Source: Asterias rubens (taxonomy: Eukaryota). Taken from it: a DNA stretch of 64,000 nucleotides. The position numbers and the translations under genes are program-made. Under the pieces are notes generated by a model. The model ran no database searches. It was not told the origin of the DNA and saw only the letters and a list, made by a program, of their open reading frames with translations. The DNA is taken from the NCBI RefSeq assembly GCF_902459465.1, contig NC_047071.1, forward strand, positions 1,488,001 to 1,552,000, in the 5' to 3' direction. Of the stretch, positions 26,519-37,241 are shown one piece after another. Every line of letters starts with the position of its first letter. Position 1 is the stretch's first letter.

Positions 26519-29500
26519 TTATTCAGCTTTAACCATCTTTGCCTTTGATGGATAAGACCACAGCATGTAGTACTGAACCAGCCCCGAGAAGACTCCAGAC
26601 AAACTTGGCAGCTGCATATGGGAAGAAATAATCCAGGTTTGTTAAAAGTTGGAAACTGCCAAGGTTGCTTAAACTCAATAAGCCATTTGCACGTTAGATT
26701 TCAATATTGTCTGGTACAATGACATGCTTGATCAGGAGTTACCACTTCAATTTTAATTTCTCAGACTATAGAGACAATCATTCAAGGCTTAGCCCGCTTG
26801 TAATTGTATCAATTTTTACCAAAATTGTTGACAAAAATGAAAGACTAATCTACCCGGTTACCCCCTTGAAATTATATCAAATTTCCCCATCATTTTTAAC
26901 ATTAAATGCAAGGCAATGTGTCCCTTTCACATCAGACAAATTTGCTTGTTAATTCCCAAGAATATTTGGTTGACATTTTCACACTTGCCTGGCAATCTCT
27001 GGGGAAATGTACACATTCTGTGAACTAGCTACCTATGCTTTAGTGAAGGTTAAGAGAGTTAACCACAGGGCTACTGTGGGTGAGGTGGGTTTTTTTTCTC
27101 AAGAAAATTGAATCATTTGCAAAATGACCAAATGGATTTGGCAGTGGTGTTGCCACTGCTGCAACATTCAGAGAGATTTTTGTACCACAAGCAGGAAGAT
27201 ATTTAAAATCACATTCAATATAACGGGGGAAACAATTCCACTAATAAGGAAGGTTTTCAAATTTGATCATCAGATCATGGACAGATTGTTTTATTCAAGG
27301 GAGTTTCTGCAGAATCAGGGAGGGTTGGCAGTGCTGATGGTATAAATCCCCAGGGATTTCCTGGGGTTCTATCTCATGAAACTAGTGTGAAAAAGGGCTG
27401 TGGACGGCAAATGCAATTGAACTCACAGTAAGCACAAGGTCATCGACTGCTATACCGTACAGCACCCATAAGCAGGACGTAACAAAAATTGCAGTGGCGA
27501 TGGAAAATGACAGGCCCTCGCTTGACTGCCTCTTAAGCATGTCGCCCTGTTGGATACAGACAACATCACAAAACAAAAAGCATGCAAGTAAACATAAGAA
27601 AGCAGCAACAAAAATAATACTACAAAATAATTGCTAAACTTTAAAAACAACATGCCAAGATAGGAAGGTTGTTGTGAGAGGACAGCCAAAAAAAGAAACA
27701 CAAAGTAAAAAGAGATTCGGACTTAGGAATGTACTTGTTAGGTCTATTATAAGCAGAATCTCTTGAATAATAACAGTGCTCTTTATTTATAACAAAAGCT
27801 GACTGTTATGACATCAAAAGCAAACTATTCATTGCATTTTTGTTTCTCCAGGCCTGAAATTACACAGAGGCAATGGATTCTGTTTCCCCTTGTCATGGCC
27901 TTGGTCCCCCTTCAAAGGTTTCCCACATCCTTTAAGATGTTCCGATGAATATGCCCTGTGCAACATGAAAATGGGCTTGCCCTCTCAAAGAAAACAAATT
28001 TCAGGCCTGTTTATGTGTCACATCCATTGTATAGAGACTTACCACACTAGCTATGGGAGCAAGATTCATGCCAGTTATAAGGACACCGACAACGAGGCCG
28101 AGTTGTGCCTCAACGGAAGATGGCTCACGGACGAACCCTGTCAGATAAAAGTAGAAACTGAAAATGGCGACACCTGAAATCATCAGCTGGCGGGAGGTTT
28201 TCCCCTACAATCACAAGGGTGAAAAAGAAAAAAAATTACTACCAAAATAATGAAACACTTCTGGGTCTGGATTCTCATTGCTCTTATTAGAGCCAAACGA
28301 AAAGAGAAAAGACAATTAAGAAATTTAAGTTTTAGATGTGGGAGGAAACCCCAGATAATTATTCCAGGGAAAACCCAGGCACACAGTGCCCCTGTAGGGA
28401 TTCAAACGGGGGTCCCAGAGGTGGAAGCGAGGCAAGACACCACTACACTAAACTGACCGCTGTATCATCAACTTCGGCATAATCCCACCACCTGCCTAGG
28501 CCTACCATATGAACGTGGCGTGTTGTGGCTGAGCAGTCTAGTTCACTTGACCCAAGCTATGGTGTTGTCAGCAGCAGAGTGTGGGTTTGAATCCCAATCA
28601 TGACACTTGTGCTCTTGAGCAAGGTACTTAAACATAATTGCTTCATGATAGGTAAGGAAGGTAGTACATTCTGCTCTACCAGCACCTAGTGGTGGATGAT
28701 ACCCATGCCTATATCCTTACGGACTGTGAAGGGGTAATTCTGTTTCAGCCCCAGGAGTAGATGGCAATGGCAAGTTCAAGTGTTGCCATCACCTTTTCTA
28801 TCATATTTTCTAGCTATGCAAGAATTAGACCGGTAAAAACCCCCAAAATAAAACGTACCACTTCACTACTAAAAAAGAGAAAGAGCGAGACGTAGATAGT
28901 ACTCATGATGATTCCAACACCGCTAACAGTCAGCAGAACGCTATCAGCCCTCATCATTGCATAGCATATGCCACCTGTATTACTGAGAATAAGAGTAAAA
29001 AGAAAACCTCAATATCACAAGAACCGCTAAAGCCAAAATTATCGCTCACAAGTTAAAGTCAAATCCCAAACCTGCCATGGCTCCTGTTGCCCCTGGTCTT
29101 GGCTTCAGTGCCCCTTTCAAAAGTTTTCCATTGACTCTTAGTTTTTTTTAATGGAAGTGCCCTTTGCAAAATAAAAATGGCCTCGCCTTTTCAAGGTTGA
29201 AATTCCAGCCCTGAGAACAATCATTCTTTACTACGATTACAAATGATATTTCATTAAATTTGGCAGTTCTTCATAATTTGTTAGAAGAGAGGGCGAGGCA
29301 ATTTTCATTTTGCAAAAGGGCAAATCAAGTTTATGGGAAACTTTAGTTAGAAGCTCACCAAGTTTCATTTTTACGTGAAACAAAATTTGGAACATAGAAA
29401 AAGGAACATATAATAATTATGTTGAAATATCGTTTTCAAGGGGTTTAAATTCAGACAAAACAAATAATTTTATTTTTACCTTACAAAGCCTGCCAAAAAA

Positions 29501-30288
29501 GGTAAAAAAGGCACAGAATGGGTACTTCCTTTACGGATGATGTCCATGAAGACGGGCCTGTATTACGAAATTTAAAACGAAGGAACAAAGCATTTTAAAC
29601 ATAGTATTTTGTATTCTGAATACAGTCAAGAGGTTGTTGTGAAAACTAAAGGAAACTTTTCGTATCTTAGCTGCCACCACTTTTTCACAAATTTTTACAA
29701 AAAGGAATAAATAATATTTTATTTCACATTTTATTTCGAAATGAAAATGGCACAATACAGAAAATTTTCCTCCTCAACTCAACCTGTTTTGGTAGAATGC
29801 CATGAATGTTGCTTTTCTAGGGCAGAAATTGGTGGCGAGGTCGTAAACAAATTTGGCTCTTCCTTGCATCAGCATTTCATGCTCATTACTACAAATGTTG
29901 ACATTTATCATTATCAAATTAAATTTATTTCAAATTAAATTGAAACTCTTCTTTAAATAAGTAGGGGACCATTCTCAGTTTACCCACCGGCCCAACCAAA
30001 CCAGAAGTTGCAGAACTCGAACCTCAGCTCCGAAACCCCAAATGTTATCTTTCTTTTAACAGTCATTGAAAACCTCCATGTTGAAACTTTTCCGAGCTTA
30101 ATTTTATATAAAAAAAAACAATAATTATCAGAAAATAAAATCAGACCTTTTGTTATTTATTGTATTTTAAAAATAAAAGTTTACAAAAAACAAGCCTCAT
30201 TTCAATTGTTTTAAACTTACATTCCTCCAAAGTTGCTGGCTATTGTTACACAAATAGTAACTCTGGACAAAAGCAACACCCAATCCAT
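26519..30288 (-). CDS. SLC50A1: SWEET-family sugar transporter (SLC50A1-like), 6 exons, 214 aa
   Basis: Exons 30288-30221, 29557-29480, 28982-28859, 28204-28043, 27546-27427, 26611-26519. Internal exon sizes 78/124/162/120 match the vertebrate SLC50A1 structure as I recall it. Two MtN3 repeats: IIRKGSTHSVPFLPF, MNLAPIASV, SSEGLSF, CLWVLYG. Confidence 0.92.
28515..28790 (+). mobile_element. tRNA-derived SINE in SWEET intron 3
   Basis: gtggctgagcagtctag ... gggtttgaatccc ... gacacttgtgctcttgagcaagg; collinear with 4593-4850. Confidence 0.8.
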
Positions 30289-30494
30289 TTTTTGTTTTTT
30301 GATTTTGTTGGCGAACTTGAGCTGCAGATGGTCAACAAGTTTTTACGCACACGTGGAATCGGATGGATGTACATGCATGGTACATGTACATGGACGTAAG
30401 CACTGTGTGGATGGGCGTGTGTCAAAAGAGGGAACATGAGAATCCAGGGCCTGTAACACTTGGTGGCGCTGTCCTCGGAAATAAACATAGGTTA

Positions 30495-30623
30495 GGCCGT
30501 ATCCGAAACGGCGACTTCGGCTACAGCTACGGCTAGATCGCGTGCGTCTGCCTATTCTTCAACACTGGTAGACGTGCTGATCTAGACGTAGCTGTAGCCG
30601 AAGTCGTCGTTTCGGACACGGCC
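30495..30623. mobile_element. 129-bp hairpin MITE (ggccgtatccgaaacggcgacttcggctacagctacg ... cgtagctgtagccgaagtcgtcgtttcggacacggcc)
   Basis: Near-perfect long TIRs flanked by TA on both sides; followed by a second hairpin element at ~30627-30760. Confidence 0.85.
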
Positions 30624-31887
30624 TATTAGACCTTGTCGCAAATATCAATGCGCAAGCGCAGACTGTTGAATGAGGTGCATTGTGGGATAGATATGGATCA
30701 AACTTGGATACCAGCTAGACCACAATGCACCTAATTCCAAGCTTTACGCGCGCGCCCCAAACACAACTAGCTACTTTTATTTTGCCCTTCAACATTGGAG
30801 AGAAATTCCAAGTTCTTACAATTTGATTAGCCTTTCGGAAATGAACTTCCAGTTAGAAAAAAAGTTCCTCCCCACGAGCATAAATATTGTTGTGTTTATA
30901 AACCAGAAGTTCTTGTGTTGATGTGCTCGGAACTATCTTCAAAAAAAGGGTTGAGATTTACAAAAATAACATACATCTGGCCAGCACAGAAATGTCCTTA
31001 TGGAAGGCTTGTTTATTAAAAAGAAAATCAATAAATAATATTTTAACATTACATTAATAGTACATTATTTGGTAGACAAAACTATCAATAACAAAGTCTT
31101 TTTAAGAACTTGAAGTGCAGGAGGTAAATGAGTTGGGATTGTTTTTTTAATTAAACACCAGTCTTCTTTTTTCCAGTTTTTCTAAATCTTCAAGGATCTA
31201 TGCCTTTTCATGGTGTAATTCTTTCTAACACTCATAAATGAACCCTTTGAATTTGTTTACAATTTTATCTTCCTGTCAAAAACCGTCTACTAGACATGGT
31301 TTTAACCAAATTAAACCATAACTCTTAAAAAAAAAACATAATTTAAACATCTTTGGGGGAAGATAAGCAGAAAATGTGTTTGCTACATTAGACAAACAAC
31401 ACAAAAACTGTAAACACTTTATAAAAATGAGCACTGTTTTCCTTTTTAGCTTTGTTTTAAAACAAAACAATGCTTTTTCTGGTATTTTGTGCACTCTGAT
31501 GTGCTTTGAATTTTGTGAAACCAGAGTACGAACGAGTGTTTGGTAAAAGTTTATGGGGTCAGGTCCAATAAATGGAAATAATCCTCCAAAACAAAGGGTC
31601 TGAACATATTGATGGCTGCCAGTCGTTATTTTTAACCCCGAATAGCAATATACTGGACCAATTAGTCAACTTTGAATGCATAATATAACTTGACTGCAGT
31701 TGTTTTTCCCGGACTTATAAAAAAAGAAGATTTTATTTTAACTTAAAAATGCCGGATGGTGTAGTAACTGCATTCGAGTCCATAATTCTACACGAGCTTG
31801 AAGGCCCAACAGGCCCACTATGACAAAATAGATGAAGGGTTTTAAACATAATTTAAAGTACATGTAACTCCTATGCTTCAATGACCG

Positions 31888-34800
31888 TTAGCTCTTTTGG
31901 TTATAATACAAATACAAGGCAAGGAGCACCAGAACAAAAGCCAGCCAGAAATCTATGCCTGGTTGCAACGAGAAAACAAGCTTGGAGAGGACCGTGTTGA
32001 CCACCATAGCGCAGGAGATGACGAAAAGACGCAGAATGTTACTGCCATGTTTCATTATGACAGACATGATCAGGCCAATCACTGCCTGAAAATAGAGAAA
32101 ACAATAAAAAACTTCTTTTTTATCATGCCATATATTATTTTGCTTACAAGTATTGTTTTTTTGTACCGCCTGTATCAATGCACTGTTTTTTTTTTCATAA
32201 TGCAAGAACTCGGGAAAGTAACAAGCAGAAAGTTCTTAAGCCACATCAGTGTAAGGGTAAAAGTAAACTATATTGAGGACATACAGGATGAAAAAGTGAT
32301 GGGCAAACTCTGCCAGGCCTACCTGGGAGATGATAATAACGAAAGTCCAAGTTGAATAGCCATCGAAAAACCTCACTTCACTGGAGCCCCATGTTGAATA
32401 GTAAAACGCCACAAGGTTAAACGTAACACCATACAGATACAAGTGCAGATTTTGAAGATGCAGTGAGGACTGAAAGAAAAGTCGAAGGTGAATATGGTTA
32501 ATATTGTATAATAGTGAAATAAATAATAAATAAAAATAGCATTGGTTAGGGGGCCATCGAAAAGTTCCAATAATTTCAGGGTCAAAAAAGAGTATGACGG
32601 GGAGGGAGGAGTCGGAGACTACATACAAGGCCTGGAACGACACGGAGGCCAAGGCCTCTGATGCCATTGGTCTTGGCCTTGGTGCCCTTTCAAAGTTTCC
32701 CATAGACTTAAGGATTTCCAAATGGTAGCGCCCTGTAAAAAATGAAAATAGTCATGCCCTCTCAGGCCTTTAAAAGGTGTGTCAAATGTTCACTGCAGTC
32801 AAATTTCACTTGTGGTTTTTTTTTTATCACTCTCCAGTGACTGATCCATTCTAACCCCCAAAAAATTACTAAAAAATATTAAAACAAAAAAATTCATTGT
32901 CACATTAAGCATTTTAAGGCTTGAACTTTAAGCCTAAATGAATGATTGTTGAAATAAAAATATTTTGAAGAAAAAAAGCATAACAAACAAACATACCTGT
33001 GAATGCCATTTGAGTATAAACTCAGTCGTGATGCCTGCCGCACCCGATACGATACAGTACACCGCCATTAGCAGGATACCGGTGAAGGTAACAAAGACCT
33101 CCCTTGTGTTATGGGAACCTGTAGAAGATTGTTGAACTTCTGCACCACTGTAGCTGGAGATACAAAACAGAACATTTAAGACATTTTATGAGCGTAAGGA
33201 CCCGTACCTGCTCAATTTCAATATAAGTTTTAACAATGAACCTGCTAGTTAGTCGGTATTATCAGATCAATAAGTTTTTCCTTTATTTCTGGAAAATCAT
33301 TCCACAAGGTTCAGACATAATATTTTACCCTTGGAAAATAGTGGGAACTTTTTATTGAGTACAAGCAAGGGCTGACCTTAATGTGGAGTAGGCTTTGATA
33401 GGCATTTCAAGTCATTTCATGTACAAACTTTCCTGAGGAAAAAAACTTAAGAAATCACAAGTATCTTCATTCAACAGGTTAAGAAAGGTTCAATTCTATG
33501 TTAAGAAAAGGTAAATTCTATATAAATCTGTCTTTCTTTGCACAAATTTTGCTTTGTTCAACCCAAAATTATTAAAAGTTTACCCAATCAGTTTCCTTGA
33601 TTTTTTTTTTTACTTGATATTTCATTTTAGCAAGTGTAGCCAAACTCACCACATTCCTGCAACCGCTAATAAACTAACTGCAAACCACTGTCTCCAAGCA
33701 AACTTCTTCTTGAATATTAACCGATAAAAAACTGCCGTAGTGACGATCTTCATGTTACCGAGGACCTGTAATTTAAAAGCAGCAGACGCAACGAGGGATT
33801 AGTGAAACATTTAAAAGCGCTGTCATTTTGGACATTAAACCCAGAGTAACATCCCAGAATTTGAGTTAGGAGGATAAAATCAATGAGCTTATGAGCCCAG
33901 GAAGGGGTGGGACCGAAAGTAACTTGTGTGTTCCCCACAACCCCCATTCCAAAGACAATTAAATTAGGATGCATCATTCAAAATAGCGTTCAAAGTATCA
34001 ACATTGCAGCCATAGGTCAGAGGAAGACCTATTATTCGCTGAGAGCAGGCCTAGAATTACACGAAGGCAACAGAGGTCATGACCTTCATTGCCCTGGTAT
34101 GTGCCTTGGTGCCCCTTGAAAAGTTTCCTTTAGGCTAGACTTTCCAATGGATGTGACCTTTGCAAAATGAGTATGGCCTTATGCTCTTGAAGATGGAATT
34201 CTATACCTTTGAGATAACTTACTGTGAGAGTTGTAAGCGACCGTTTTTACCTCGGGGGCCTAAAATGTAAACAAGGAATCGACTACAGTCCGTTTCCTTT
34301 CCTACCCAGGCCTGATCCTTCAGGGAGGCAACGAAGGTGATTGCCTCCATGCCCCGGGTCATTGCCTTGGTGCCCTTGAAATGCTTCAGTAGAAATTCAC
34401 AATGTCTCACAGGGTGCCCTTTACCTAGGAGAAAATGCCTTGGTGCCCTTGCCCTTTAAAAAAACGAAGCATCCTGCCATACCTGAGAACTTGCAGGGTC
34501 CATATGATCGGGGACATGGACGATGATGTTGTTGTTGATTCCATACAGCACAGCTGGCATTGCATAGAGGAGACTGTTAACCCAAGTCCAACTTTGATGA
34601 TCCTTGCTCCGTTGATTCAGCATTGGTGAAGGAGGCTGGTGAGTAGCTCCAAAGTACATCATCAACGACAGGACTAACTTTTTTCATAAGAATAAAGAAT
34701 AGTTTTAGCCGATAGACACATGTTTAGTAAACACTTGGCTAAACATGGCGAATTAGACTTGCCCGAGAAATCTATGCTAAATTTAAGCATACATACTGAA

Positions 34801-36373
34801 CATTTAACAGGTTGGCAAACAAACACCGTTGTGTTTGACAAACACTATGTAGTGTTTCCGTATAATGCTAGACATGCATTGATGAAAGTATTATTTGCCA
34901 CTAGTTTGGTAATAATTCAACAATTTCTTACTCAAGTAAAATAAAAAATCACATAAATTATGTTTTTGGCCGCATGCCCTAAAAAAAGTCTCAAAAGTCT
35001 AATTTACCTTTACTGCTTCAATCATGACCACAACTGAGGTTGACTGGAATGGAATCTTGCCATCTACCTTACACAGGTTCAATAAAATTGAGTGTGAGCC
35101 ATAAATTAACACCCTGTAAATTGTAAAACAAAAATCAGAGTGTCACTGTCAGTAAAATAGAATGCCTGAAGTATCTACTATACTAGATTTTTGTGGACAA
35201 ATAATGTTGCGAGAGCTGGCCCTCGTGAGACTACTGCATGCTCTGGCGACTATGGTCTCATCAATTCGCGAGCAGTCTGGGAGCTACTCCTAGAACTATG
35301 CAGTTCGTTCCGCTACCGGACGATAGCGGAACGAACCTCATCATACATGTAGTTCTAGGAGTATCTGAGAGCCAGCAGCCTCGCGCACTTTGAACGATAC
35401 AACAACTTTTTGAAATCATGGCAAAACAACATTATGAGGTTTCAATCAGCTGCTCAGTCTGTACATTCTATTTTACAATACAGTTCCTCTGCTTTTCGCA
35501 TGAGATGGCGAGAGGGAGAGTTTCATTTTGGGAATTTGGGGAATTTTCCTTTTTAATCACAATTTACACAGTAACAACACTTTCTTCCTGCAGGTACAAA
35601 AAACACCAATTCCACAACTCAAATCAAAGGCAAGACTATAATAATATAATAGCCTATTGTATAGGGCCTATATAGACTACCTATATGGCAAAAAAAAAAA
35701 TATCTAAAAAAAGGAAATATTAAATATATTTATCTTTAATTATGTACTACTTCTAGATAAGGCTCCCAGCTCTCGGGGGTGCCTTATACTGTTTCTAGAA
35801 GTAAATTATAACTAGGTCTAGGCCCCCTACATTTATTATTTATAAAAAAAAAACAGATATAATATTTTAAACTTTAATTTAAAGTCCAACAGCAACACCA
35901 ACATTATTAATATAAAGTTAAACAATTAAAAACATCAAATTCAAATAAATCCTTTAAAAAATAGGTGGCCGGTTGCAGAACAGAAATTTCATGCTTGTTG
36001 ATATAATTATAATATATTATTATTATATATTACTCAGCTTGACTTGAGTGGCCTAGCTCTGAATCCTTGAGCTCTGTCAGCCACGCCCACACCACACCAC
36101 CACACATTCAAATCACACACTGGCACCTTGGTCCTGGACTGTACTACAGTTACAGTACTGTTGTTGAGTGCATGCTTCTACCATGGAGGAATAAATTAGT
36201 CCTCCATGCTTCTACTCATCAGTCACTGTACAGTGTACTGAACACGGTGATCCTCGACTTCTTTCAGTTTCAACATTACAAATCACTTACCCAACAGCAA
36301 GCAGAGCTATCCATGTAATCTTCTCTTTTGCTTTCATCACCAATTGAGGTTTTTCCCTCACCCTCACACCCAT
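31888..36373 (-). CDS. SLC35A4: Nucleotide-sugar transporter SLC35A4, 7 exons, 333 aa
   Basis: Exons 36373-36291, 35113-35008, 34677-34483, 33765-33650, 33153-32997, 32469-32323, 32085-31888, phase-consistent. Motifs LIYGSHSILLNLCKVDGKIPF, PAVLYGINNN, VLGNMKIVTTA, SLHLQNLHLYLYG and MKHGSNILRLFVISCAMVVN are typical of the A4 subfamily. Confidence 0.9.
34307..34476. mobile_element. CAGGCCTG-family MITE inserted 6 nt from an SLC35A4 splice donor
   Basis: Element ends at 34476; the GTATGG donor occupies 34482-34477 on the minus strand. Confidence 0.7.
35287..35361. mobile_element. 75-bp mini-MITE with TA target duplication (Tc1/mariner-like)
   Basis: TA|ctcctagaacta ... gttcgttccgcta-ccggacga-tagcggaacgaac ... 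tagttctaggag|TA. Confidence 0.75.
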
Positions 36374-37241
36374 GGCGTTCTCACAAAAACGTCTCACGAC
36401 TACTTTTTTTACAAGTTTTCAAAATGGGGGCCTACAATGTGTGTTGAACCTCGTGTGCAGTATAGTCTTTATGGTGATCGGACCCACGTACATTTTGCGC
36501 AGCAACGTTGAAGAACAAACATCAAACCGGATGCAAAGGTTGAAGGGGAATATCAAGTATGAAACCTGGACGACTGATTAGTTGTGTACGGTCATAGATA
36601 AAGCAAACTGACCGGACATGACGAAATGGTTACCATACTAGTCTAGAAAACAACACGGCGCGCGCCAGAGCAAAGTTCAGCATGAACAACTCGCACAAAA
36701 ACCAAGTTTGTTAGCTAAATTCAGTAAGTTTTCGTTCTTATAATGTCGAAATTATTTTAAGTTGTAAGTTGTCTTTTTAAAGAATGATATAACATATATT
36801 TTGAAAGTGTGAAACATTTTTTAGCTGGTGGTTTCTCTCGTGTCTTTTTGGTGACACCTCCCCCTCTCTCTCTGCTGGATCGGACCGATGAACATGCTGA
36901 AGGAGGATGTTTCAAAAGAGGGCGCTGTCACTCAGAAGTTGTTTATAAACTCTGCAACTAACAGTTTGCCGTATGGGAAGAGCCACACTGAATTCTGAGA
37001 GCCATAAAATGGGTTTTTTTATAAATAATATAGGAAATTTGACACATAGTTTCAGGTCAGATAATGATATTGATTTTGTATTATTGTATATGCTGTTTTG
37101 AAAAGTGAGTATTTTGTTGGACTCTTGGTTTGGAGCCAGCTTCTGCGCAGTGAGTGAATCGTGAGCATTTTGACCAAGACTTGACAGATATCGGCATGTT
37201 ATAATGTAAGTGTTATTATTATATTAGTTATTTATACAGCA
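36374..37241. promoter_or_regulatory. Putative bidirectional promoter between SLC35A4 and DOLK
   Basis: Divergent start codons at 36373 (-) and 37242 (+); CpG-richer stretch (cggcgcgcgcc at ~36657); candidate DOLK 5'UTR intron (ca|gtaagt ~36724, acceptor tacag at 37239). Confidence 0.6.

Noticed and set aside
31897-32355. 152-aa plus-strand ORF, and similar antisense ORFs at 18507-18824, 44605-44850, 46635-47069 and 50556-50771
   Set aside because: Antisense shadows of real exons; no independent coding signal.
37196-37239. Minimal uORF ATG-TTA-TAA and GTAAGT donor just before DOLK
   Set aside because: The implied intron would be only 34 nt, too short; the segment is more likely intronic.
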